NCBI GenBank assembly: GCA_902538565.1 | Contig: CACBFQ010000002.1 | Span: forward strand, 221,908-285,907 | DNA from: an uncultured Fidelibacterota bacterium | GTDB taxonomy: Bacteria; Fidelibacterota; Marinisomatia; Marinisomatales; Marinisomataceae | Direction: 5' to 3' | Length of the DNA stretch: 64,000 nucleotides | In this document: positions 1 through 9,901 of the stretch, piece by piece | Layout of the letters: every line of letters starts with the position of its first letter | How positions within the stretch are numbered: position 1 is the stretch's first letter | Made by a program: the position numbers and the translations under genes | The notes under the pieces: model-generated | Seen by the model: the letters and a program-made list of their open reading frames with translations, nothing else | Database searches by the model: none | Told to the model about the DNA's origin: nothing

Positions 1-152
1 ACATCATCACCCGGAACATATTCTCTCACTTCAGAAAAAGTCATACCTCTTCCTTTAAAATTTGAATGATAATCGCCGCCAAAGAAATCATTTACAACAT
101 TTTTTGTTCTTATTTCGATTTGACGAACTTTTTTAAGTATTTCTTTTGACAT
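1..152 (-). CDS. DUF58-family protein (MoxR-associated), 5' part only; runs off the window
   Basis: Hand translation from ATG at 152: MSKEILKKVRQIEIRTKNVVNDFFGGDYHSNFKGRGMTFSEVREYVPGDD. GxG..F.EVREY.PGDD is the DUF58 signature, and the gene starts 7 nt after the moxR stop. Not in the ORF track. Confidence 0.85.
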   Translation of the reverse strand, partial: MSKEILKKVRQIEIRTKNVVNDFFGGDYHSNFKGRGMTFSEVREYVPGDD

Positions 153-159
153 TACAAAA

Positions 160-1155
160 CTAAGGTACTGGTACTTCTTGAAGCAATTGATCAACTATAT
201 CTTCAGAAGTGATTTCTTCTGCCTCAGCCTCATATGAAAGCAAAATTCTGTGTCTTAAAATATCCTTTGCGACATATTTTACGTCTTCAGGTATAACATA
301 TCCTCTTCCATCAATAAATGATTTGGCTTTTGAAGCTAAAACTAAATTAATTGAAGCTCTTGGAGATGCACCAAAAGAAATTAAATCCGCTAATTTTGAT
401 AAATTAAACCGTTTAGGATCCCTAGTAGCAAAGACTATATTCAAAATATATTCTGAAATTTTAGAATCAATATATATATCATTTACAAGATTTTGAGCTT
501 CGAGAATTGTTTGCGCTTTCACTACTGATTTAATTTTTTTATCATTTTGAGTGTTAGCTTTATTAATAATCTCTTTTTCTTCATCTATTGAAGGATAATC
601 AACAATCACCTTCATCATAAATCTATCAACCTGAGCTTCTGGTAGTGGATAAGTACCTTCTTGTTCAATTGGATTCTGAGTGGCTAAAACTAAAAAAGGT
701 TTCGCCAGTTTAAAAGTATCGTCACCAATAGTCACTTGCTTTTCCTGCATTGATTCCAACAAGGCACTTTGTACTTTTGACGGAGCACGATTAATTTCAT
801 CTGCTAAAATTATATTTGAAAAAATTGGACCTTTTTTAGTGTTGAACTCACCGGTCTTTTGATTATAAATGAGAGTCCCTAATAAATCTGAGGGCAACAT
901 ATCAGGAGTGAACTGAATTCTCTTAAATTCTACATTAATTAAATTAGCTACAGTGTTAATAGTTAAAGTTTTAGCAAGTCCAGGTACTCCTTCTAAAAGT
1001 ATATGACCATTAGATATGATTGAAATAAGAATTTTATCAATTAGCTCATTTTGTCCAACAATGACCTCAGAGATGCTTTCTCTTAAAGATTCAACAAAAG
1101 TGGACTTTTGTTGGATCTTTGAGTTCAGTCTATCTAATTCATTTTTCTTCATCAA
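160..1155 (-). CDS. moxR: MoxR-family AAA+ ATPase
   Basis: Walker A GVPGLAKT, RIQFTPDMLPSD, LADEINRAPSKVQSALLE, ATQNPIEQEGTYPLPEAQ.DRF, GASPRA. Confidence 0.95.
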   Translation of the reverse strand: MMKKNELDRLNSKIQQKSTFVESLRESISEVIVGQNELIDKILISIISNGHILLEGVPGLAKTLTINTVANLINVEFKRIQFTPDMLPSDLLGTLIYNQKTGEFNTKKGPIFSNIILADEINRAPSKVQSALLESMQEKQVTIGDDTFKLAKPFLVLATQNPIEQEGTYPLPEAQVDRFMMKVIVDYPSIDEEKEIINKANTQNDKKIKSVVKAQTILEAQNLVNDIYIDSKISEYILNIVFATRDPKRFNLSKLADLISFGASPRASINLVLASKAKSFIDGRGYVIPEDVKYVAKDILRHRILLSYEAEAEEITSEDIVDQLLQEVPVP

Positions 1156-2338
1156 TATTTCTTATTCTATGTTTAGTCTCAAATTCTGTATCTACTAATG
1201 GAACTAAGAACCCATTACTTTTTTTAATTTTTAAAGAACCCTGTAAATCTAATACATTTTTACCAATTATTGAGACTGTTAAGTCAGTAACCCCATTTAA
1301 ATTTAAATTTTCAAGTTTAGCAAAATATATATCATAACCATTAACGATTAAATTAAGTTCAGGTTTCTGAATTTCTTCAAAATTTAAAGTACCTCCTATT
1401 TGAAGATTAGGTTCTGTTTGCAGACCTAAACTTTTTTTAGGATTATACAATGTTCCAACTAAGTTAGCTTGACCAACATTATCATTTATGTTTAAATCTA
1501 AATTTAATCTTCTTATTGGCTCAGGCTTTAACTGAACAGGAAATGTTTTTAATCTCATTGTTGTATTTCTAATCTGTATTACACCATTAAGCTTTTGAGA
1601 AATATCATCATTGCTTGCATATTCATCTTCAAACGTTAAATCAAAAGATATAGATTCCTTTTTATCTCCAATGCTTTCAACATCTTCAAAAAATTGAGCA
1701 ATATAACTTACAGGAAAATTTTGAGATGACTTTAAACGAAACTTGTACTTTTCTAGTGATGAATTTTCATAGTACTGATTAATATTTAGAAAAAAATCAA
1801 ACTGACCAATTTCAATATCACCATCAATTAAATTTCCGTTTTCAGCCTTTATTGTAACAGGAAAATATCTTTCACTTTTATTTATTTCTGCATCTTGATT
1901 TTCAATACTTGCAAGATCTAAAGTTGGATTTTTTAACTTGATGCTTACTGGATTTATCAAATTCAAGTCTGTATTGTTATTTAAAATAATTTCAAATACA
2001 AATTGTAGTGTTTTAGTAAAGTCTAAAGTGGTATTTAAAGTGATATTTTCTGAATTAATTAAAATTTTTCCCGATCGTTTAATAATGGCATTCTCAAGAG
2101 TAATATAGGTATTAATATTTTCTTCTCTTGCCTTGAAATAAATTGACGAATTCTTACTGAAGTCTAGTTCAAACCTATTTGTCAAACTATTTAAGGTTTG
2201 ATTTGATTTATTTAAATTGAACTCAACACCGTCTGATAGATAAAAATAAAAAGCTATTATAACAATGATAGTGAAACTGATAAATGCAAGAGAAACACTA
2301 GCAATAGTTTTTAGTATTTTTAAAACAGTGCTATTCAT
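1139..2338 (-). CDS. Hypothetical membrane-anchored beta-rich protein, weakly AsmA/TamB-like
   Basis: N-terminal hydrophobic anchor (IASVSLAFISFTIIVIIAFYFYL), then alternating-hydrophobic beta-strand patterns (LNLDLNINDN, LQIGGTLNF, LDLQGSLKI). Family call is pattern-based only. Confidence 0.45.
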   Translation of the reverse strand: MNSTVLKILKTIASVSLAFISFTIIVIIAFYFYLSDGVEFNLNKSNQTLNSLTNRFELDFSKNSSIYFKAREENINTYITLENAIIKRSGKILINSENITLNTTLDFTKTLQFVFEIILNNNTDLNLINPVSIKLKNPTLDLASIENQDAEINKSERYFPVTIKAENGNLIDGDIEIGQFDFFLNINQYYENSSLEKYKFRLKSSQNFPVSYIAQFFEDVESIGDKKESISFDLTFEDEYASNDDISQKLNGVIQIRNTTMRLKTFPVQLKPEPIRRLNLDLNINDNVGQANLVGTLYNPKKSLGLQTEPNLQIGGTLNFEEIQKPELNLIVNGYDIYFAKLENLNLNGVTDLTVSIIGKNVLDLQGSLKIKKSNGFLVPLVDTEFETKHRIRNIDEEK

Positions 2339-2381
2339 AGTTGAAAAGCTAAGTAATTATAGATTAATAAAGAATCTAAAA

Positions 2382-4289
2382 CTAGTCTTCAACTACTTCA
2401 AAATCAGCATCTTTAATCTTTTTATCATCTTTTGCTTCAGCACCGCCTGGTTCTGATTCTTGAACAGGAGGTTCTTGAGCACTAGCATTAGATGCATCAT
2501 ACATTGAAGAAGCTTTTGAACTCCAAACTGAATTTAAATTTTCCATTTCAGATTTTATATCATCAATGACGGAAGACTCATTTGCTTTTTTCAGCTTTTC
2601 TAGTGCATCATTCAGGTCATTTTTATCGTCGTCTGATAACTTATCATCTAAATCCTTCATTTGTTTTTCGGTTTGAAATACAAGTTGTTCAGCTTGATTC
2701 TTTGTATCAATCTCTTCTTTCTTAGCCTTATCTTCAGCTTCATGCTTTTTCGCGTCATTTACCATCTTTTCAATTTCTTGATCTGACAAGCCGCTTTGGG
2801 CTTCGATTCTAATACTTTGCTCTTTAGAAGTTGCTTTATCTACAGCTTTTACATTTAAAATTCCATCTGCATCCATATCAAAAGAAACTTCAATTTGAGG
2901 AGTTCCTCTAGGAGCAGGAGGAATACCATCTAAATGAAATCTTCCAAGGCTTTTGTTATCCTTTGCTAATGATCTTTCTCCTTGAACAACATGAATCTCA
3001 ACCATAGGTTGATTATCAGCAGCAGTAGAGAAAATTTGAGATTTCTGAGTTGGAATAGTCGTATTTTTCTCAATTAATGGGGTTGCTACACCACCCATTG
3101 TTTCAATTCCCAATGTAAGAGGAGTAACATCTAGTAAAAGCACATCATCAACATCCCCTGCTAGAACTCCACCTTGGATTGCAGCTCCTAAGGCAACAAC
3201 TTCGTCAGGATTAACACTCTGATTAGGTTCTTTACCAAAAATTTCTTTTACTTTTTCCTGGATTGCAGGAATTCGAGTTGATCCTCCAACGAGTATGACT
3301 TCATTAATATCTGATGGTGATAATTTTGCATCTTTTAAAGCTTGTTTACAAGGTGCTACCACTCTTTCAACTAAATCAGAAACTAATTGTTCAAAATTTG
3401 CTCTTGTTAAGGTCATATTTAAATGTTTGGGACCTGAAGAATCAGCAGTAATAAATGGAAGATTTATTTCTGTTTGTTTTGAAGATGATAATTCTTTTTT
3501 AGCATTCTCTGCTGATTCCTTCAATCTTTGTAAAGCCATAGGATCTTTTCTTAAATCAATGCCTTCATTTTTCTTGAACTCTTCAGAAAGCCAATCAACC
3601 ACTTTTTGGTCAAAGTCATCTCCACCTAACCTTCCATCACCATTGCTTGCATTTACTTCAATACTTTGGCCTTCATCATTCAATATGTCAAGAATAGAAA
3701 TATCAAATGTTCCACCACCAAGGTCGAATACAGCAACTTTTTCATCTTTTTTCTTATCAAAACCATAAGCTAAAGAAGCTGCGGTTGGTTCATTGATAAT
3801 TCTTTTAACATTTAAACCTGCAATTTTTCCAGCATCTTTTGTTGCTTTTCTTTGAGCATCATTAAAGTAAGCTGGAACCGTAATAACAGCATCAGAAACA
3901 GTAGTTCCAAGATATTGTTCAGCCATCTGTTTCATTTTTTGCAATACCATTGCGCTAATTTCTTGAGGTTGATATTTCTTACCATTAGCCTCAACATTGA
4001 TTTTTTTTCCATCAATGGACACTTCATATGGAACTTCTTCAATATCTTTTTTTATTTCAGCTGGGGTTCTACCCATAAATCTTTTAATTGAATAAATAGT
4101 ATTCTTTGGATTTGTTACAGCTTGCCTTTTTGCCGGATCGCCAACAAGTCTTTCTTTTTTTGTAAAACCAATTACAGAAGGAGTGGTTCTACCGCCTTCC
4201 GGACTTGTGATAACAGTTGGTTCTCCACCTTCCATTACAGCAACACAAGAGTTTGTTGTTCCTAAATCAATACCAATAATTTTACCCAT
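2382..4289 (-). CDS. dnaK: Chaperone DnaK (Hsp70)
   Basis: [49 protein letters not shown]; C-terminal DADFEVV. AAGGAG Shine-Dalgarno upstream. Confidence 0.99.
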   Translation of the reverse strand: MGKIIGIDLGTTNSCVAVMEGGEPTVITSPEGGRTTPSVIGFTKKERLVGDPAKRQAVTNPKNTIYSIKRFMGRTPAEIKKDIEEVPYEVSIDGKKINVEANGKKYQPQEISAMVLQKMKQMAEQYLGTTVSDAVITVPAYFNDAQRKATKDAGKIAGLNVKRIINEPTAASLAYGFDKKKDEKVAVFDLGGGTFDISILDILNDEGQSIEVNASNGDGRLGGDDFDQKVVDWLSEEFKKNEGIDLRKDPMALQRLKESAENAKKELSSSKQTEINLPFITADSSGPKHLNMTLTRANFEQLVSDLVERVVAPCKQALKDAKLSPSDINEVILVGGSTRIPAIQEKVKEIFGKEPNQSVNPDEVVALGAAIQGGVLAGDVDDVLLLDVTPLTLGIETMGGVATPLIEKNTTIPTQKSQIFSTAADNQPMVEIHVVQGERSLAKDNKSLGRFHLDGIPPAPRGTPQIEVSFDMDADGILNVKAVDKATSKEQSIRIEAQSGLSDQEIEKMVNDAKKHEAEDKAKKEEIDTKNQAEQLVFQTEKQMKDLDDKLSDDDKNDLNDALEKLKKANESSVIDDIKSEMENLNSVWSSKASSMYDASNASAQEPPVQESEPGGAEAKDDKKIKDADFEVVED

Positions 4290-4325
4290 TATTTTCTCCT
4301 TAAAATTAAATTATACCTTTATAGA

Positions 4326-4341
4326 TGCAAAGATGATGCCA
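4326..4341 (-). promoter_or_regulatory. Putative sigma54 (-24/-12) promoter of dnaK
   Basis: Minus strand reads TGGCATCATCTTTGCA, i.e. GG-N10-GC matching the TGGCAC-N5-TTGC consensus, ending 36 nt upstream of the dnaK ATG. Confidence 0.55.
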
Positions 4342-4389
4342 GAGAATAATATATGACATAATTGACAAATTATATGCCATTAAGTCATA

Positions 4390-5052
4390 CTAATGAACTA
4401 AATCAAGGCAACCGTCAACTAATTGATATTTTTTGTGACCGATATTAAAAACATCCTCATCATGCGTTGCGATAATTATTGTGAGTTTTTTTTCAGTATT
4501 CAATTTTTCAAAAAGAGACATCATTTTTAAAGCATTTTCCTTATCAAGATTTCCTGTTGGTTCATCTGCAATAATAATTGATGGATTATTAATAATAGCT
4601 CGCATCACTGCCACCCTTTGCTTTTCACCACCTGACAAATCATTTGGGAATGAATTCATTCTATCTCTTAGATCGAAGTACTCAAAAAGGTCAATTAACT
4701 CATCTTTATCCCATTGTTCTTTGGCTATCATTTTTGGAAGACTGACATTTTCTTCTAATGTTAGTTCTGAAATTAGATTATGAAATTGGAATACAAAACC
4801 TATACTCTTATTTCTTAGCTTATCAATATTGGTGTTTTCCTGAATACTAATTCCATTAATTAAAAGTTCTCCACTATCAGCATTGTCTAAGGTTCCGATA
4901 ATACTTAATAATGTTGATTTTCCAGATCCTGAAGGGCCTTTTATTGTTATGATGCTTTCTTCATCTATTTGAAGATTAATATCTTTTAAAACGTGAAGCT
5001 TTCTACTTCCATCTGAAAAAGTTTTTGTTAGTTTTTTTATATCAACTATCAT
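4390..5052 (-). CDS. lolD: Lipoprotein-release ABC transporter ATPase LolD
   Basis: GPSGSGKST, GFVFQFHNL, LSGGEKQRVA, IIADEPTGNLD; follows two LolC/E-type permeases. Confidence 0.85.
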   Translation of the reverse strand: MIVDIKKLTKTFSDGSRKLHVLKDINLQIDEESIITIKGPSGSGKSTLLSIIGTLDNADSGELLINGISIQENTNIDKLRNKSIGFVFQFHNLISELTLEENVSLPKMIAKEQWDKDELIDLFEYFDLRDRMNSFPNDLSGGEKQRVAVMRAIINNPSIIIADEPTGNLDKENALKMMSLFEKLNTEKKLTIIIATHDEDVFNIGHKKYQLVDGCLDLVH

Positions 5053-6179
5053 AATTGTTTATTAATTATTTTTACAGGACTCAAACTATTAATGAATCTC
5101 AAAGGAATATTTGTAAAAATCCCTATTAAAAAGACTGAACCCAATAAAAGTAGTACAATATCAAAAATAAATATCTGCATTGGTAAAGTATCAACTAAAT
5201 AAAACTCAGGAGATAATTTTATAAAGGATAATTTATTTTGTAATAAAATTACTAATAAAGCAAAAAGAATGCCTCCACATAATGCAGAAAGACCGATTAA
5301 ATAACTGTAAATGATAAATATTTTTTTAATATCATTTTTTTTCATACCAATAGATGAAAAAATTGCTAGATCCCTTATCTTATTTGATGAAATCTGCATG
5401 ATTGACGAGGACAGATTAAATGATGCAATTAAAACAATTAATAATAAAGTAAAAAAAGTTATTTTCTTCTCTATTTCAGTTGCTTCAAAAAGCTGACGAT
5501 TTCTATCTTCCCAAGATAAGAATGTTGTTGATGAATCTTTAATGCTTCCAATATCTCCATTTATCTCTGCAGAAAAATTTGCTTTTTTGAAGATTTCTTT
5601 ATTCACTCCAAATACTAGAAAATCATTAGCTCTTAAAATTCTATTTGAAAAAATATTTGCAACTCTGAACTCATAAATATCAGGAAGACTATAGGAATTA
5701 AGTTGAAAATCTTTAGATATTATTTGAATGCTATCTCCAATGTCAACGTTCAGTCGATTTGCAAGCAAATTACCAATTATCACCTCTTCTTTGGATAAAG
5801 CTTTGAAATTATTTTGCAGATCAAGTTCATAAAAATCATTCAAAGATTCATTAGATACAGATTTAAATTCAATTAGTTTCTGTTTTTTATTAGATACAAT
5901 TAGAAATTCATTTTCCTGAAAAATTGAATAATTTTCATTATCCTTATTCGAATCTTTTAAAAAGCTAGTATTGCTTATATCTTCAACCAAATAATCACCA
6001 TAAATTTTTTTAGCTTCAGTTTGTAAAATTCCTTGAAAACCATTAAGCACAGAAACAGATAACACTATTGCAGCAGCGCCAATGAAAAGACCAATAAATG
6101 ATATAAAATTAATTGTATTAGAGCAAAAATCATTTCTTGGAAACAAAAATCTTTTAGCAATTAATAAATAAATTTTCAT
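5049..6179 (-). CDS. LolC/LolE-family (MacB/FtsX-type) permease
   Basis: One N-terminal TM (SVLNGFQ follows), periplasmic domain with LA.RL.V..GD, three C-terminal TMs; EKKITFFTLLLIVLIASFN; YLVDTLP. Confidence 0.85.
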   Translation of the reverse strand: MKIYLLIAKRFLFPRNDFCSNTINFISFIGLFIGAAAIVLSVSVLNGFQGILQTEAKKIYGDYLVEDISNTSFLKDSNKDNENYSIFQENEFLIVSNKKQKLIEFKSVSNESLNDFYELDLQNNFKALSKEEVIIGNLLANRLNVDIGDSIQIISKDFQLNSYSLPDIYEFRVANIFSNRILRANDFLVFGVNKEIFKKANFSAEINGDIGSIKDSSTTFLSWEDRNRQLFEATEIEKKITFFTLLLIVLIASFNLSSSIMQISSNKIRDLAIFSSIGMKKNDIKKIFIIYSYLIGLSALCGGILFALLVILLQNKLSFIKLSPEFYLVDTLPMQIFIFDIVLLLLGSVFLIGIFTNIPLRFINSLSPVKIINKQL

Positions 6180-7324
6180 TTGCTCCTCAAAACATTCATT
6201 GGATTAAAGTAAGCAAATCTTTTTACAGATGAAGCGGATATTATAAAACTTAATATAACGCTTATGATGACAATTAAAAGTGAATTACTAAAATTAAATT
6301 CCATTGGGAGGTAATCAACAAAATAAATATTCTGCTCAATGCTTATTAATTTAAATTTATTCTGTAATTGAATAATAACATAGGATAACAATATACCAAT
6401 TGTTGATCCAATCGATGCAAGAATCATTGATTGAAAAATAAATATCTTTGAAATTGACTTGTGAGATAATCCATATACCTTAAGTATTGTAAAATCCATT
6501 TTCTTTTCATCAAATAAAATACTCAAAGAACTTAAAAGCCCAAAAAATGAAACTACTGCAATTAGACTAAAAATAAATAAAATTGGCCATTTTTGAGTAT
6601 TTATCCATTCAAAAAGACTCGAATACTTATCGTATATAGTCATTTCATAAAATGGATAATCTATAATGTCATCAATCGGGTCTATACTTATCCATCCCGA
6701 AATATAATTTTCAATACTATAAAACTTTTGAAGATTTTCTAAAGAAGTAAAAATATTTCTCTCTTCAAATTCAGGTATACCAGAATTATAAATATGGGCT
6801 ACCGTAAAGAAATCATATCTATTTTGGTTAGAAATATTTTCAAGCTTTTTGGGATTGAAAATAACTACCTGATCTCCAAGCTTAAGGTCTAGATTGTCTG
6901 CTAATCTTTTTCCAACAACAATTGATTCATTTTTTATTTTATTAGTATCAAATGATTTGAATAGTCTAATTTTATTAAAATCGTTAATTGGATATGCATT
7001 TATAATAATGCTCTTGGAATCACTTTTTGATTTTAATAATGCTACCTTTTCTAAATAAGGTACTTTATCTAATATAAATGGTTGATCAAATTCGTTTTGA
7101 ATGATTTCATCTTCAAATAAATGATTAATCGAACTATATCCATTCAAATTTGATAATTTTTTTGAAATTTCAGATTCGAAACCATCAATAGAGCTCATAA
7201 CAATGTTTAATGATGCAACACCCAATGAAAGACTAATTATGGTAACAAGGTTTGTAAGGCGAAAAACTAAACTACTATTTTTTGAAATAAATAATTTTTT
7301 AATTAAAAATAATACGAGCTTCAT
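6176..7324 (-). CDS. LolC/LolE-family (MacB/FtsX-type) permease
   Basis: Same 1+3 TM topology; LADNLDLKLGDQV, YNSGIPEFE, YFVDYLP; adjacent to its paralogue and lolD. Confidence 0.85.
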   Translation of the reverse strand: MKLVLFLIKKLFISKNSSLVFRLTNLVTIISLSLGVASLNIVMSSIDGFESEISKKLSNLNGYSSINHLFEDEIIQNEFDQPFILDKVPYLEKVALLKSKSDSKSIIINAYPINDFNKIRLFKSFDTNKIKNESIVVGKRLADNLDLKLGDQVVIFNPKKLENISNQNRYDFFTVAHIYNSGIPEFEERNIFTSLENLQKFYSIENYISGWISIDPIDDIIDYPFYEMTIYDKYSSLFEWINTQKWPILFIFSLIAVVSFFGLLSSLSILFDEKKMDFTILKVYGLSHKSISKIFIFQSMILASIGSTIGILLSYVIIQLQNKFKLISIEQNIYFVDYLPMEFNFSNSLLIVIISVILSFIISASSVKRFAYFNPMNVLRSK

Positions 7325-8796
7325 TTAAGGGATTTTAATGTAGGGAAAATTATGGCGTCTCTTATCCATCGAGTATCAATTAATAGCATAACTAATCTAT
7401 CAATTCCAATACCTACTCCTGCAGTAGGAGGCATTCCAATCTCAATCGCTTCAAGAAAGTTTTCATCAATTGGAAATGCTTCTTCATCTCCACCATCTTT
7501 CTTCCTTGATTGATCTTCAAATCTTTTTCTTTGATCAATTGGATCATTTAACTCTGAAAAACCATTTGCAAACTCCATTCCCGCAATAAATAATTCAAAT
7601 CTTTCTGTGAAATCTTTATCTCCGTCCCTATTCACTTTCGCTAACGGAGAAATTTCAACAGGGTGATTGACTACATATGTTGGTTGAATTAGATTTGGTT
7701 CAATTTTTCTTCTCATGATTTCATCTATTAAAGAAGCTAAGCTATCCTTTTTGCTAACTTCAAGCTTTAAATCTTTACAAACTTTATAAACGGCTGAATG
7801 ATCAGAGATATCAATATCATTTCCAGTATGATCCTTAATTAATTCTCCCATAGTTTTTCGTGCAAACTTTTTGCTAAAATCAATTTTATGGCCATCCCAT
7901 GATATTTTTTTCATATCAAGGTCCTTAACAACTTTTTTAAACATTTGTTCAACAAAATCCATCATAAAATTATAGTCAGAATAAGCTTGATAAAATTCTA
8001 GCATGGTAAATTCAGGATTATGACTCCTATCTATACCCTCGTTTCTAAAATCTTTAGAAAGTTCATAAACCTTTTCAAATCCACCTACAATTAATTGCTT
8101 TAAATATAACTCTGTTGCAATACGAAGATAAAAATCTTGATCTAATGCGTTATGGTGTGTTGTAAATGGCTTTGCATTTGCTCCTCCGTATATTGGTTGT
8201 AATACAGGTGTTTCTACCTCAATATATCCATGATCATTTAAAAACAATCTTATAGAGTTAATTATTTTAAATCTTTTTACGTAATTGTTTTTTGTTTCAG
8301 GATTAATAATTAAATCAAGAAACCTTTTTCTATATCTGAACTCTTTATCTGAAACTAAATTATATTTCTCTCCATCTTTTTCTTTAACATCAGGGATTGG
8401 CTTTATGTTTTTAGACAAGATTGTTAGATGGGAAACTTTAATAGTTAATGCATCTGTTTTAGTTTTAAAAACCTTACCCTCAATCCCAACAAAATCACCT
8501 ATATCCGTTAGTTTAAATAAATTATAATTATCTTCACCAACGTCGTCTCTTGCAATATAAAATTGGATGCGTCCTTCTTGGTCTTGAATATTAGCAAATG
8601 ATGCTTTACCCATTTTTCTAAGAGACATAACTCTTCCTGCTAAAGAAACCTTAGTATCAATTAACTTTTCATTTATTTCTGATGTGTGATGAGAGCTGTC
8701 ATAGTAATATGCGTAAGGCTCTATTCCTAATTCACGGATTTTTTTTAACTTTTCAAGTCGATTGTCTATAATTTGTTTTAAACTTTTATTTTCCAT
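7321..8796 (-). CDS. lysS: Lysine--tRNA ligase (class II)
   Basis: OB-fold (GRVMSLRKMGKASFA), RYRKRFLDL, YLRIATELYLK, FRNEGID..HNPEFT, EYGMPP-like GMPPTAGVGIGIDRL. Confidence 0.98.
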   Translation of the reverse strand: MENKSLKQIIDNRLEKLKKIRELGIEPYAYYYDSSHHTSEINEKLIDTKVSLAGRVMSLRKMGKASFANIQDQEGRIQFYIARDDVGEDNYNLFKLTDIGDFVGIEGKVFKTKTDALTIKVSHLTILSKNIKPIPDVKEKDGEKYNLVSDKEFRYRKRFLDLIINPETKNNYVKRFKIINSIRLFLNDHGYIEVETPVLQPIYGGANAKPFTTHHNALDQDFYLRIATELYLKQLIVGGFEKVYELSKDFRNEGIDRSHNPEFTMLEFYQAYSDYNFMMDFVEQMFKKVVKDLDMKKISWDGHKIDFSKKFARKTMGELIKDHTGNDIDISDHSAVYKVCKDLKLEVSKKDSLASLIDEIMRRKIEPNLIQPTYVVNHPVEISPLAKVNRDGDKDFTERFELFIAGMEFANGFSELNDPIDQRKRFEDQSRKKDGGDEEAFPIDENFLEAIEIGMPPTAGVGIGIDRLVMLLIDTRWIRDAIIFPTLKSLK

Positions 8797-8805
8797 TTCG
8801 AAAAC

Positions 8806-9901
8806 TTATTTATTTTTTTCCATTTTATCTAACAAATAACTATATATAAAATCATCAATATTACCGTCCATAACTGATTTTATATTTCCTACTTCATGTT
8901 TGGTTCTATGATCTTTAATCATGTTATAAGGATGAAAAACATAGGATCTAATTTGACTACCCCAACCAATATCTTTTTTCTCTCCTTCAAGCTCTTTTTT
9001 GTTTAAAAGCTGCTTTTCCATCTCTAATTGAAAAAGTTTTGATTTTAATACTTTTAATGCTTGTTCTTTGTTTTTGTGCTGAGATCTTTGCGTTTGACAT
9101 TGAGTGACAATACCTGATGGTATATGAGTTATTCTTATTGCTGAATCTGTTTTATTAACATGTTGACCGCCAGCACCGCTTGACCTAAACGTATCTATCC
9201 TTAAATCTTTTTGATTAATTTCAATATCAATATCCTCATTAACTGCTGGAGAAACTGACACTGAAGCGAATGAAGTATGTCTTCTACTGTTAGAGTCAAA
9301 TGGAGAAATTCTAACTAGTCTATGAATACCAATCTCAGCTTGCAATAAACCATAAGCATAATCACCAGAAATTTCCACTGTACAATCTTTTAATCCGGCC
9401 TCGTCACCGTTTTGAAAGTCAATAACATTAAATTTAAAACCTTTTGATTCAGCCCACATTGAATACATGCGATAAAGCATTTCAGCCCAATCTTGACTTT
9501 CTGTACCTCCTGCACCTGGGTGAATTGTAATTATAGCATCGTTACTATCATTATCACCATTTAATATAAGTTTTAATTCAAACTCCTTAAGAAGATTAGA
9601 AAAGGTATTAAGCTCTTTTTTAACTTCTTCTTCTTCAACTTGATTTTCATTTAAAAATTCAAAAAGTACTTCTACATCTTCAGCTTTTTGAACAAGATTT
9701 TTCCTTAAGGCAATATCTTTTTCAAGAAAAGATATTTTTTTCATTACAGAGGTAGATTCAGTATTATTTTCCCACATTGCGGGATCAGAAATTTGCTCTT
9801 TTAATTTTTGGAGATCAGAGGTCTTTGATTCAAGGTCAAAGATGCCTCCTAATTTGATTATATTTTTCTAAAAATAATGAATATGCTTCTTTTAAATCCA
9901 T
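8806..9901 (-). CDS. prfB: Peptide chain release factor 2, translated via programmed +1 frameshift (about 364 aa)
   Basis: ORF1 from ATG 9901: MDLKEAYSLFLEKYNQIRRHL, then CTT TGA C. The +1 frame continues DLESKTSDLQKLKEQISDPAMWENN into the tracked ORF, which has GGQ and the RF2 SPF motif (RISPFD). Confidence 0.97.
9835..9850 (-). promoter_or_regulatory. prfB +1 frameshift cassette (internal SD plus slippery CTT-TGA-C)
   Basis: Minus strand AGGAGG-CAT-CTT-TGA-C is the canonical RF2 autoregulatory frameshift site. Confidence 0.95.

Noticed and set aside
3295-3768. 157-aa plus-strand ORF
   Set aside because: Antisense shadow inside dnaK, in the usual complementary frame of a conserved gene.
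4290-4389. CIRCE element upstream of dnaK
   Set aside because: No TTAGCACTC-N9-GAGTGCTAA inverted repeat in this interval.
8806-9901. prfB as a truncated gene or pseudogene (in-frame TGA at 9836-9838)
   Set aside because: The stop lies in the canonical CTT-TGA-C programmed frameshift with an upstream SD.
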